Assembly: GCA_902618945.1 (NCBI GenBank)
Contig: CACNCK010000003.1
Coordinates: forward strand, 24,252 to 88,251
From: an uncultured SAR86 cluster bacterium
GTDB taxonomy: Bacteria > Pseudomonadota > Gammaproteobacteria > Magnimaribacterales > Magnimaribacteraceae
Direction: 5' to 3'
Length of the DNA stretch: 64,000 nt
In this document: positions 38,411-47,830 of the stretch, in pieces
Position numbering within the stretch: the first letter of the stretch is position 1
How the letters are laid out: each line of letters begins with the position of its first letter
Made by a program: the position numbers and the translations under genes
Notes under the pieces: model-generated
Database searches by the model: none
The model's input: only the letters and a program-made list of their open reading frames with translations
Told to the model about the DNA's origin: nothing

Positions 38411-39301
38411 ATGGGGAATATAAAGCACGTAACAACCGTCACTCCGGTTGAAGAAATATTAAATATTTTAGATGAGGATGCGGGTGTTATTATTGATGAC
38501 TTTCTTGAATCAGCAGACTTAGCTCAAATTAAAAAAGATCTTAGACCCTTCCTGAATGTTACTAACAATGGTCAAGATGAATTCACTGGTTTCGAGACTA
38601 AAAGAGTTGGTGCTCTATTGGCCAGATCAGAAACATGTCAAAATTTAGCGCTGGATCCTTTAATTAATAAACTAGCAGACGGATTTTTGGGACCTCACTG
38701 CGAAAATTATCAACTGCATTTCTCTTCTGCTATCCAAATTGGACCGGGAGAATCAAGTCAAATTTTTCACAGAGATCGGGGAGTTTGGGGAGGATATATT
38801 CCAAGAAAAATCGAAACACAATTCAGTACTGTCTGGGCAATTAATGATTTCACTAAAGAAAATGGAGCAACACAAGTAGTCCCTGGATCGCATAAATGGG
38901 ATAAAAATAGACAACCACAGATTGAAGAAATTGCTTATGCAGAGATGAAAGCAGGATCTGTATTTATCTATACTGGATCGGTATTACATGGTGGTGGAAC
39001 TAACACAACTGAGGAAACTAGATTAGGAATTTTCTTGCACTATGCACCTAGCTGGTTGAGGCAACAAGAGAATCAATATCTCTCATATCCTCCAGAAGTC
39101 GCTAAAAAATTTACTCCTGAACTTCGTTCTTTGATTGGCTACTCAAAGGGGGGGTATGTTCTTGGATTCTTTACTGATCCAAATGACAAAGAAGGCAAAT
39201 TGGAGTCAGTATCTCCTGAAAAGTTATTTGGTGATTCAAAAGATAAATATGCAACTTTAGTCACACCTGAAAAGCTAGTAAAAGAATCTTCAAGAAAATA
39301 A
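38411..39301 (+). CDS. Fe(II)/2OG dioxygenase, PhyH family
   Basis: HRD facial motif, FTKENGATQVVPGSH, LHGGG, WLRQQENQYL. Confidence 0.9.
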   Translation: MGNIKHVTTVTPVEEILNILDEDAGVIIDDFLESADLAQIKKDLRPFLNVTNNGQDEFTGFETKRVGALLARSETCQNLALDPLINKLADGFLGPHCENYQLHFSSAIQIGPGESSQIFHRDRGVWGGYIPRKIETQFSTVWAINDFTKENGATQVVPGSHKWDKNRQPQIEEIAYAEMKAGSVFIYTGSVLHGGGTNTTEETRLGIFLHYAPSWLRQQENQYLSYPPEVAKKFTPELRSLIGYSKGGYVLGFFTDPNDKEGKLESVSPEKLFGDSKDKYATLVTPEKLVKESSRK

Positions 39302-39313
39302 GCTAAAGAATTA

Positions 39314-40675
39314 GTGGATAACAGAACCCAAGAGTTTCTTACAAAACCTATCGTGCCATTGCTGATAAGAATGTCAGCTCCAAATACCTTAGCTTTTTTT
39401 ATCCAATCAATAGTTGTACTTACAGAAGTCTGGTTTATTAGTAAGTTGGGAACAAAGTCACTTGCTGCAGTAGCGCTTGCTTTTCCATTATTGATGCTAA
39501 CACAAACTATGTCCGGTGGCGCACTCGGAGGGGCTATCAGCTCAGCTATAGCTCGAAGTATGGGGGCTAATGATATAGATCGCGCAGAAAAATTAATTTG
39601 GCATTCAATAGTTATCTCGATTTCTGGAGCATTTGCCTTTTTAATTTTATTTTTATTATTTGGGAAAGGTCTTCTTTATTTACTGGGAGGTAGAGGAGAA
39701 ATTCTTGAAGAATCCTATTTGTATTGCTCAGTTCTCTTCTTCGGAGGAATACTTATATGGTTATCAGGAAGTTTAAGTGCCGTCTTAAGAGGGATGGGAA
39801 ATATGCGCTTTCCTGCAACACTCATGATCATTGCTTCTCTTCTACAAGTTCTTCTCTCTGGAGGATTTATTTTGGGGTGGTATGGATTTCCTAAACTAGG
39901 AGTCGCTGGTGCCGCTGTCGCAGCCTTGATCAGCAGTATGATTATGGTATCGATAATAGTCATGAAGCTATTATCTACCTCAGTTCCGGCGATGCTGAAA
40001 CGAGAAAAATTAATTTTGAGCAAACCGCTATTCTCTAATATCTTTGAGGTAGCTATTCCAGCATCGGCCTCTCCACTTCTAACTGTAGGCACAATATTAG
40101 TGTTGACCGGTTTAGTTGGAACCTTCGGAACAGAAGCTCTTGCAGGATATGGCATTGGTTCGAGGGTAGAATTTCTTATGATTCCTCTTATTTTTGGGAT
40201 TGGCACGGCCATGACATCTATTGTGGGTGCGAATATAGGCGCTAATAACATAGTGAGAGCAGAGAGAGTTGGTAATTATGGTGGATCAATGGCGGGTTTA
40301 GTTTCAGTGCTTATAGGCTTTTCTTTGGCCTTTTTTCCTGACTTGTGGATCCATTATTTTACTGATGACCCAAAAGCTTACGAAGTCACAAAAAAATATA
40401 TTCAAATTGTCGGCCCTTTTTATGCCTTTCAAGGGATAGGTCTTTCTCTATATTTTGCTTCTCAAGGCGCTAACGCAATGTTTTGGCCGACAGTGGCGAC
40501 GATTGCAAGATTTTTGATAGCAGGCTTAGGAGGAAGTATTTCAATTTATATCTTAGGATTTGGTATAGAGTCGATTTTCTTATCCTCTTCGATAGCAATG
40601 ATGATTTTCGGCACTATGATTTTTGTCTCACTAAAAAGAGGAGCATGGAGAAAGCATGGCCCTAAATATTCTTAA
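39314..40675 (+). CDS. MATE family efflux transporter
   Basis: About 12 TM; LRGMGNM, LGVAGAAVA, LAGYGIGSRVE. Confidence 0.9.
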   Translation: MDNRTQEFLTKPIVPLLIRMSAPNTLAFFIQSIVVLTEVWFISKLGTKSLAAVALAFPLLMLTQTMSGGALGGAISSAIARSMGANDIDRAEKLIWHSIVISISGAFAFLILFLLFGKGLLYLLGGRGEILEESYLYCSVLFFGGILIWLSGSLSAVLRGMGNMRFPATLMIIASLLQVLLSGGFILGWYGFPKLGVAGAAVAALISSMIMVSIIVMKLLSTSVPAMLKREKLILSKPLFSNIFEVAIPASASPLLTVGTILVLTGLVGTFGTEALAGYGIGSRVEFLMIPLIFGIGTAMTSIVGANIGANNIVRAERVGNYGGSMAGLVSVLIGFSLAFFPDLWIHYFTDDPKAYEVTKKYIQIVGPFYAFQGIGLSLYFASQGANAMFWPTVATIARFLIAGLGGSISIYILGFGIESIFLSSSIAMMIFGTMIFVSLKRGAWRKHGPKYS

Positions 40676-41438
40676 CTTCGCCAGATTTGAGCATGGCTCT
40701 ATTTTTTGGTTGATAGGTCACGATATATGCCCTCCTCTCTTGATTAGATTGATTAGGCTTCGAGCCGTGAACTATATGTTGATTAAAAAAGATTAGAGAT
40801 CCTGCTGAGGCTATTAAATCAACTGCATCATCGATATCGAATGTATCTTGGTCCGTAAAAAACCCTCCTAATTGAGAATTATCAAATGTTCCAGGTAAAC
40901 AACCTTTCTTATGACTACCTTTAATAACACTGAAACATCCATTTGATTCGTTAGCATCATCTAAACAGACATAAACATTAGGCAAAGTATCAACATCTTC
41001 ACTATCATGAATCCAGTATGGTGAATCTTGATGCCAGCCAAACCCTGACCCAATTTTTGGTCTCTTAAGGTTCAGCTTATCCGTCCATAAACTAACTTCA
41101 TCTAGAGACAAGATAGATCTTATTGGATCAGTTAATTTTCTATCTGCAATAATCTTTTCAAGATCTGAATTGAGAGAATGAGCTGGTTCGATAACTTTTA
41201 AGAAATCTTCATGAGGCTCTGGTTCAAATTGAAGAGTCAAGTAATCAATATCAACAAATCTCTTTGCATCTAAGAAATACTCTTTGCCTTCTCCGGCTAT
41301 TGAGTGAGCTTTAGAAACAGTAGTCTCAAAGAAATTCCTGAAAATATCTATTTCAGTTGAAGAAAACTGATTTTCTCTAAGGATATAACCATCATTCTTA
41401 TATTGAAGTTTCTCGTGATCTGATAGGAAATACGACAC
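40662..41438 (-). CDS. Fe(II)/2OG dioxygenase, PhyH/EctD-like
   Basis: DKLNLKRP, WHQDSPYW, NGCFSVIKGSH, VHGS, RRAY. Confidence 0.88.
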   Translation of the reverse strand: MSYFLSDHEKLQYKNDGYILRENQFSSTEIDIFRNFFETTVSKAHSIAGEGKEYFLDAKRFVDIDYLTLQFEPEPHEDFLKVIEPAHSLNSDLEKIIADRKLTDPIRSILSLDEVSLWTDKLNLKRPKIGSGFGWHQDSPYWIHDSEDVDTLPNVYVCLDDANESNGCFSVIKGSHKKGCLPGTFDNSQLGGFFTDQDTFDIDDAVDLIASAGSLIFFNQHIVHGSKPNQSNQERRAYIVTYQPKNRAMLKSGEVKNI

Positions 41439-41444
41439 CTCGTT

Positions 41445-41807
41445 TCAAATCAACGATATAGCCATCATTACCAGACAAACAATAGAGACTCCCCAAACAA
41501 GTGTTCTAAGATACAAAATACCAAACATATAAGTGAAGTAATAAAGCACCCTTGAGCCTAGCCAAAACATCGCTAGATTATAATTATCAATTTCCAAAAC
41601 TATAGACAGAATGGCTAGTGCTAAAAATGCAGGTAAACTCTCTAAGATATTAGACCCTGCTCTTCTGGTTCGACCAACAACTGGGGCCTCTTCAACAGAC
41701 CCTTCTCTATTTGAGATGAGAAAATCTAAGTTTTTGCTATTCAGTACTGCTGGAGTTAAAAGTTGAATTAAGGTTAGTAATAAAGAGAGAATAATTAATG
41801 TGATCAT
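41445..41807 (-). CDS. MAPEG family membrane protein
   Basis: GRTRRAGSNILESLPAF, SRVLY, LRTLVW. Confidence 0.85.
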   Translation of the reverse strand: MITLIILSLLLTLIQLLTPAVLNSKNLDFLISNREGSVEEAPVVGRTRRAGSNILESLPAFLALAILSIVLEIDNYNLAMFWLGSRVLYYFTYMFGILYLRTLVWGVSIVCLVMMAISLI

Positions 41808-41883
41808 TGCAAATTTCCTGTGTTAATCTCCTGGAGAGATTAAACTAGATTCAGCTGATTTCAAAACATAATTTAGAGGTTAC

Positions 41884-42552
41884 ATGAGATTTCTGAGAAG
41901 AATTTTCACCATCAAAGAAGTGCCGTCTGTGAGTTGGAGTTCTGACTTTCCACTCAATACTAAGCCGAGATCTTATACAGTCATTATGTTGATTACTGGA
42001 CTATTTTTCTTTGGTTTGGGTGAGGCAATTATCATAGGAAGCGGATCTGGCGTAAGTCCTTGGACTGTTTTGGCACAAGGTATTTCGACAAAGACTGATC
42101 TTTCTGTGGGTACAACAACTTTCCTAATAAGTATTACAATCCTTATCTTCTGGTTGCCTCTTAAGCAAGTTCCTGGAATTGGAACGATTCTTAATGCAAT
42201 TATTATTGCTTCTACTATAGACTTAACCTTGCCTTATCTGCCCCAACCAAATGATACTTACTTAAAGCTATTACAAGCATGCATGGGGATATTTGTTGTA
42301 GGTTTGGGAAGTGGAATCTATCTGATCAGTAATCTTGGACCCGGACCGAGAGATGGCTTGATGATAGGGCTACAAAAGCAGACTGGTACTTCAATACCGC
42401 TAATAAGAACCATTTTAGAATTGTCGGCTGTAATTTCGGGATGGTTCCTTGGCGGAGTTGTAGGCATTGGGACGGTTCTATTTGTTTTTGGTATTGGCCC
42501 TTGTGTAGGGATAGGACTCACACTTGTAGAAAAGATTTCAAAGAAACCTTAA
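41884..42552 (+). CDS. YczE/YitT-family membrane protein
   Basis: GVSPWTVLAQG, PGIGTILN, LGPGPRDGLM, GGVVGIGT. Confidence 0.85.
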   Translation: MRFLRRIFTIKEVPSVSWSSDFPLNTKPRSYTVIMLITGLFFFGLGEAIIIGSGSGVSPWTVLAQGISTKTDLSVGTTTFLISITILIFWLPLKQVPGIGTILNAIIIASTIDLTLPYLPQPNDTYLKLLQACMGIFVVGLGSGIYLISNLGPGPRDGLMIGLQKQTGTSIPLIRTILELSAVISGWFLGGVVGIGTVLFVFGIGPCVGIGLTLVEKISKKP

Positions 42553-42615
42553 ATTAAAGACTTGAAAAGAAGGTTATTGTTCCTTCTAATGACCTAATAA
42601 CTAATAGAGATACAT

Positions 42616-43485
42616 ATGAAAAGAACTGTAACCATACCAGCAACATTTATAAGTATAGCCTTAGGAGTCATTATTGCTCTAGCGGGCAGTCAAGGGTCAG
42701 AGCTCTACAACGGAGTAGCACTATTTGCTATATGTGCAAGTGTTAGCTATTTGCTGCACTGGATAATATTCATACCCTCTTATATTTATCAAACAGAACA
42801 TTATTTTGATCTAACAGGTTCAATTTCTTATCTTAGTGCTATAGGTTTGGGTTTTTATCTCAATCCATCTATGGACCCTAGGGACTTACTCATTGGTGTT
42901 TTGATAGTGATTTGGGCTGTAAGACTTGGGACATTTCTTTTCTCAAGAGTTAAACAAGATGGGAAAGATGGAAGATTCACAATCATGAAAACTCAATTCC
43001 ATTGGTACATCATGACTTGGACTTTGGGAGGTCTATGGGTCTTTCTAACAATGGCAGCAGGATTAGCTGCAATTACATCTAATGTAAATATTCCTCTTGG
43101 AGTCATGGCTTATCTGGGATTAGCCTTATGGATTCTAGGCTTTTCGATTGAGGTTATTGCTGATAAGCAAAAAAGGGATTTCAAGAAACAACAAAATAAA
43201 GAAAAAGAATATATAACTTCTGGGCTTTGGGCCTGGTCTAGACATCCCAACTATTTTGGAGAAATCACCTTATGGGCTGGACTGACTTTAATAGCACTTC
43301 CAGTATTAAGCGGGTGGCAGTTAGTCACCCTCATCTCTCCAATTTTTGTCTATGTTCTCTTAACAAGAATAAGCGGCATTCCAATGCTTGAAAATAGAGG
43401 AATGAAAAAATGGGGCTCTGATCCAGAATATATCGACTATTTGGAAAGGACGCCTTCATTGCTTCTAAAAAAACCCAATAAATAG
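42616..43485 (+). CDS. DUF1295 (steroid 5-alpha-reductase-like) membrane protein
   Basis: YFDLTGS, WAVRLG, EVIADKQK, GLWAWSRHPNYFGE, SGIPMLE. Confidence 0.88.
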   Translation: MKRTVTIPATFISIALGVIIALAGSQGSELYNGVALFAICASVSYLLHWIIFIPSYIYQTEHYFDLTGSISYLSAIGLGFYLNPSMDPRDLLIGVLIVIWAVRLGTFLFSRVKQDGKDGRFTIMKTQFHWYIMTWTLGGLWVFLTMAAGLAAITSNVNIPLGVMAYLGLALWILGFSIEVIADKQKRDFKKQQNKEKEYITSGLWAWSRHPNYFGEITLWAGLTLIALPVLSGWQLVTLISPIFVYVLLTRISGIPMLENRGMKKWGSDPEYIDYLERTPSLLLKKPNK

Positions 43486-43498
43486 TTTATTTCTCACA

Positions 43499-44557
43499 TT
43501 GAAGCCCACCGATCTTTATTCCAACTTGATTGCAGATGGGCAACTAAGCTTTGATAAAGAGCAAAAGTCTCTCCTTAACAAGCTAGATAAATTAAATGGG
43601 GCTCTAATAAAGCGCTCTAAGTCTTGGTTTAAACGTAAAAGTATAAAAGGGTTATACATCAGAGGAGAAGTCGGAAGAGGCAAAACTCAAATGATGGATA
43701 TCTTCTTTGAAACTTTAGATTTAAAAAAGAAGAAAAGAATTCATTTCCATAGGTTTATGAAATTACTGCATGAAGATCTAGATGAGCTTTCAGGAAAGAA
43801 AGATCCACTTAAGATTGCAGCCGACAATATATCTAAAGATACTGAAGTGTTATGTTTTGATGAGTTTTATGTTGAGGATATTGGTGATGCTATGCTTCTT
43901 GGTAGATTCATTAACGAACTATTTGAAAAAAAAGTAACTCTAGTTACTACTTCTAATACTCATCCCGATAATCTTTACAAAGATGGTCTTCACAGAAGTA
44001 GATTCCTGCCTGCAATTGAATCAATCAAGAAAAATTGTGAGATTTACGAATTAGACTCTGCGCAAGATTATCGTCTTAGAACTCTAGAACAACTAGAAAT
44101 ATTTGTCATTGGGAAAAAAGAGGAAGGGGCAAGTGAACTTGAATCAAATTTTTCAGAACTTACAAATGATGACTATCTTGAAGGAGAAAATATTGAAGTT
44201 CTTGGAAGAAAGATTAAGACAATAAAGCTTTCACAAGGTTCCGTTTGGTTATCTTTCAGCGAGATTTGCGAAGGTCCAAGAAGTGCTAAGGATTACATTG
44301 AAATTTGCAGTGAATTTCATACTCTCTTTGTATCTGATGTTCCGATCTTTCAATCATCTAATGATGATTCAGCACGAAGGTTTATCGCTTTAGTAGACGA
44401 ATGTTACGAGAGAAATGTAAACCTAATCCTTTCTATTGAGACGGGATTAAGTGAATTATATGCAGGAGAAAGGTTATCTGAACCTTTTAAGAGAACTATT
44501 AGTCGTCTTGAAGAAATGAGGTCAAGAGAATATCTCTCGAGACCTCACATCATGTAA
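43499..44557 (+). CDS. zapE: AFG1/ZapE family ATPase
   Basis: GEVGRGKT, HFHRFM, CFDEF, TSN, LYKDGLHR, ARRFIALVD, RTISRL. Confidence 0.92.
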   Translation: MKPTDLYSNLIADGQLSFDKEQKSLLNKLDKLNGALIKRSKSWFKRKSIKGLYIRGEVGRGKTQMMDIFFETLDLKKKKRIHFHRFMKLLHEDLDELSGKKDPLKIAADNISKDTEVLCFDEFYVEDIGDAMLLGRFINELFEKKVTLVTTSNTHPDNLYKDGLHRSRFLPAIESIKKNCEIYELDSAQDYRLRTLEQLEIFVIGKKEEGASELESNFSELTNDDYLEGENIEVLGRKIKTIKLSQGSVWLSFSEICEGPRSAKDYIEICSEFHTLFVSDVPIFQSSNDDSARRFIALVDECYERNVNLILSIETGLSELYAGERLSEPFKRTISRLEEMRSREYLSRPHIM

Positions 44558-44839
44558 TTAGACTGATTGAAGCATTTTTATTTCAGGCGCCCCTGCCATG
44601 AAAGCACCCATTTTTGCACCAAGCTCTCTGAAATAATCAGTTTTCCCGTGAGCATCTTGTGCCTCTTGGTCTTTATATCTTTCAAGAAAAACATAAGTTG
44701 TGTCATCTTCTTTATATAAATCGTAATAGACCACACCATCTTCATTTGCATTCACTTTCTCAACCAGTTGAGATGCTACGGCTTCGAAATCTGCTCCAGA
44801 ACCCTCTTTAATTTTTAAAGTAGCAACTACTCCTATCAT
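44558..44839 (-). CDS. Antibiotic-biosynthesis-monooxygenase (ABM) domain protein
   Basis: 93 aa; VATLKIKEG, YVFLERYKD, AHGKTDYF; GGGAG RBS. Confidence 0.85.
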   Translation of the reverse strand: MIGVVATLKIKEGSGADFEAVASQLVEKVNANEDGVVYYDLYKEDDTTYVFLERYKDQEAQDAHGKTDYFRELGAKMGAFMAGAPEIKMLQSV

Positions 44840-44914
44840 TTTTTTCTCCCTTATTTATAAATTAGATGTAGACTTTAGATAGTTTCAAACAAATAATCGA
44901 GAACTTTTTTTAGC

Positions 44915-46126
44915 ATGGAAAACTTACTTATTATTGGAGCGGGACAATCCGCTATCCAATGCATTTCGACTTTAAAGAAAGAAGGTTACTCTGGCTCAAT
45001 CACTTTAGTTGGAGAAGAGGAACACCTTCCATATCAAAGACCGCCTTTGTCGAAAGGGTTTCTAGAAGATAGTCTCAACAAAGAAAGACTATATTTTAAG
45101 AAACTTGAATTTTTTACAGAAAATAAAGTTCAACTCTATCTTGGGTTATCTGCTGAAAAATTGGAAATCGATAATCAAAAAGTTTACCTCTCAGATAATT
45201 CAGTGCTTGAATTTGATAAATTAGTTTTTGCTACTGGCAGTAGAGTTAGATTGCTAGATTTTCCGGGCAGTGAGCTTAAATCAATATTCTATTTGAGAGA
45301 TCTAGATGATGCCGAGGCAATAAAAAAAGATTTAGAAACTAGTGAAAATTTAGTAATCATAGGTGCTGGTTATATCGGGCTTGAGGCGGCAGCAATCGCG
45401 GCAAAAAAGAATAAAAAAGTCACTATTATTGAAATGGCTGATCGAGTGATGAATCGAACAGTTGATCCTCAGATATCTGAATATTATTTAAATCTGCATG
45501 AAAGCTATGGGGTTAAATTCCATTTCAATACCAGCTTAGAAACTATTAATGAAGTATCTAATTCGTTGGAGGTAGTTTGCTCTGATGGTACTGAAGTGAA
45601 GGCAGATTCTGTACTTATTGGTGCTGGCGTTGTTCCTAATATAGAGCTTGCAGAAGAAGCTGGTATCAATTGTGACAATGGAATAATAGTAAATGAATTT
45701 GGTCAAACTAACTTTAAAAATATTTATGCTTGTGGAGATTGCACAAATCATCCTAATAAAATTTTAAATAAGAATCTTAGATTAGAGTCAGTTCATAATG
45801 CTATGGAGCAAGCAAAAACTGTAGCCTCCTCTGTGATGAATAATCCGATGGAATATAATCAAGTGCCTTGGTTTTGGTCAGATCAATATGATCACAAACT
45901 TCAGATTGTTGGACTTTCTGGCGATCATGACATGGTTACCATGAGGGGTAACACTAATGATACCAAATTCATGCTTTTTTATACTAAAGATGAGGAATTA
46001 ATAGCTGTTGACGCAATAAATAATCCAAAAGAGTTCTTAATTAGTAGAAAGCTTGTATCAAATAAAGTTAAAATAAAACCCAAGGTAATTTCCGATCTAA
46101 ATACAAACTTAAACGATTTAATTTGA
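44915..46126 (+). CDS. FAD-dependent NAD(P)H-ferredoxin reductase (putidaredoxin-reductase-like)
   Basis: IGAGQS, PYQRPPLSK, IGAGYIGLE, YACGDC, RLESVHNA, PWFWSDQYD. Confidence 0.9.
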   Translation: MENLLIIGAGQSAIQCISTLKKEGYSGSITLVGEEEHLPYQRPPLSKGFLEDSLNKERLYFKKLEFFTENKVQLYLGLSAEKLEIDNQKVYLSDNSVLEFDKLVFATGSRVRLLDFPGSELKSIFYLRDLDDAEAIKKDLETSENLVIIGAGYIGLEAAAIAAKKNKKVTIIEMADRVMNRTVDPQISEYYLNLHESYGVKFHFNTSLETINEVSNSLEVVCSDGTEVKADSVLIGAGVVPNIELAEEAGINCDNGIIVNEFGQTNFKNIYACGDCTNHPNKILNKNLRLESVHNAMEQAKTVASSVMNNPMEYNQVPWFWSDQYDHKLQIVGLSGDHDMVTMRGNTNDTKFMLFYTKDEELIAVDAINNPKEFLISRKLVSNKVKIKPKVISDLNTNLNDLI

Positions 46127-46458
46127 TGAAAAAAACTATCGAGACCGAATACGCGCTTGGACAAGTTGTTAAGCATAAATACCTCGACTTCAGAGGAGTG
46201 ATTTATGATGTCGACCCTGAATTCAATAATACTGAAGAATGGTATCAATCAATTCCAGTTGCCATAAGACCTAAAAAAGATCAGCCTTTTTATCACGTAT
46301 TCGCTGAGAATGATCAAGTATTTTATTCTGCGTATGTCTCTCAGCAGAATCTATTAGTTGATGATAGTCGTATTCCAGTAGAACATCCTGATGTTCCAAT
46401 TTTCTTTGGGGGCTTTGATGGAAAGTCTTACGAGATACTGGAAAATAGTAAAAACTAG
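46126..46458 (+). CDS. hspQ: Heat shock protein HspQ (YccV family)
   Basis: GQVVKH, FRGVIYDVDPEF, RPKKDQPFYH, AYVSQQNL. Confidence 0.9.
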   Translation: MKKTIETEYALGQVVKHKYLDFRGVIYDVDPEFNNTEEWYQSIPVAIRPKKDQPFYHVFAENDQVFYSAYVSQQNLLVDDSRIPVEHPDVPIFFGGFDGKSYEILENSKN

Positions 46459-46462
46459 ACTT

Positions 46463-47659
46463 TTACTGAGCCTGTTCATAGGCCAAACCTATACAACATA
46501 AGAAAACATCCATAGCAGTATCTAGCTCATCTAAAGAACAGGCTGTGGGAGCTATTCTGATAAATTTGTCTTCTTCGTCTAAGCCATAAGGATGAGTAGC
46601 TCCAGCTGGAGTTAGTTTCAACCCAACCTCTGAAGCCAAGTTAATTATTTTTTTTGCTAAGCCTTTGTTAGCTTCGAAAAGTAAAAAATAACCTCCTTTA
46701 GGTCTTGTCCATTTCCCAAATTTTTGTGACTCTAATTTATTGATAACAAGATCAAACTTAGGCTTGATTATGTCAGCATGTCTTTTCATATGATCCTTTA
46801 AATCAACTTGATTAAAAAATCTTACATGCCTCGCTTGATTTAATTTATCAGGACCTATCATTAAGGAAGAATAGAATGGTAGAAACATATTCTGATTATT
46901 AAGCGACATAGCAATGAATGCTATTCCAGCACCAGCAAAAGTGATCTTAGAACTAGAACCAAACTGGACAACCACATCTTCGCAGCCTTTGGTTTCTGCC
47001 ATAGCAAATATGTCATCAAAAGATGGGTCATCGTACAGATCATGAACAGCGTAAGCATTATCCCAAAATATCAGTGTTTTATTTTTTGTTTTGCTAAAGA
47101 TTTCAAGTAAACCATCTATTGTCTGATGACTGTAAATTTCTCCAGTTGGGTTTGAGTATTTTGGTACACACCACATCCCTCTAATAGAATCATCTGAATC
47201 AATTAATCTTTTAACTTCCTCTAAATCAGGTCCAGTACCTGTCAAAGAAACTGGGATCATATTAATACCGAATTTTTCGCAGAGATTAAAATGTCTATCA
47301 TAACCAGGGACGGGACATAATACTGATACTCTTTTCTTGCTATTCCAAGGGCCCTCTCCAATGCCCTCTACAAATAGAAAAGACATAAATTGAGCCATTA
47401 AAGATAGGCTGCTATTGCCTCCAGCCCATACATATTCTTTGGAACATCCTAAAATCTCTGCTCCTAACTCACGACAAGAATCTAAGCCTTTAATTTCGCC
47501 ATAATTTCTTATATCGACACCATCATATAAAAAGTCATTTTCGGAGAAACTCATCAATCCATTTGATAAATCAAGCTGATCTGATGATGGTTTGCCCCGA
47601 GTAAGATCTAGTGAAAGTTCTTTAGATTTGAGCTCTTCAAACTTTGAAAGATAGTCCAT
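46463..47659 (-). CDS. PLP-dependent aminotransferase (actinobacterial-type aspartate aminotransferase family)
   Basis: LDLTRGKP, CPVPGYDRHF, WCVPKYSNPTG, WDNAYAVH, SSSKIT, PKGGYF, IRIAPT. Confidence 0.88.
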   Translation of the reverse strand: MDYLSKFEELKSKELSLDLTRGKPSSDQLDLSNGLMSFSENDFLYDGVDIRNYGEIKGLDSCRELGAEILGCSKEYVWAGGNSSLSLMAQFMSFLFVEGIGEGPWNSKKRVSVLCPVPGYDRHFNLCEKFGINMIPVSLTGTGPDLEEVKRLIDSDDSIRGMWCVPKYSNPTGEIYSHQTIDGLLEIFSKTKNKTLIFWDNAYAVHDLYDDPSFDDIFAMAETKGCEDVVVQFGSSSKITFAGAGIAFIAMSLNNQNMFLPFYSSLMIGPDKLNQARHVRFFNQVDLKDHMKRHADIIKPKFDLVINKLESQKFGKWTRPKGGYFLLFEANKGLAKKIINLASEVGLKLTPAGATHPYGLDEEDKFIRIAPTACSLDELDTAMDVFLCCIGLAYEQAQ

Positions 47660-47667
47660 TTATTTGA

Positions 47668-47830
47668 GTTGGATAAAAAAAATGAGATTTTAACATTGGC
47701 TTTAGTCGATAGATATATAAAAGACGTATGATCAAATTTCATACAATCACTTCTAAAGCTGATAATAATTGATAATCAAGAATCCGTTAACAAACTTATC
47801 CACATAAATGGGGGATAAAGATCATATTCC
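47668..47830. promoter_or_regulatory. DnaA-box cluster in an AT-rich intergenic region (candidate oriC or DnaA-bound site)
   Basis: Perfect TTATCCACA at 47796-47804; inverted 2-mismatch boxes at 47810-47818 and 47668-47676. Confidence 0.45.

Noticed and set aside
33545-46460. Prophage or integrative element at tRNA-Phe
   Set aside because: No integrase, phage or conjugation genes, and no duplicated tRNA 3' end noticed by eye
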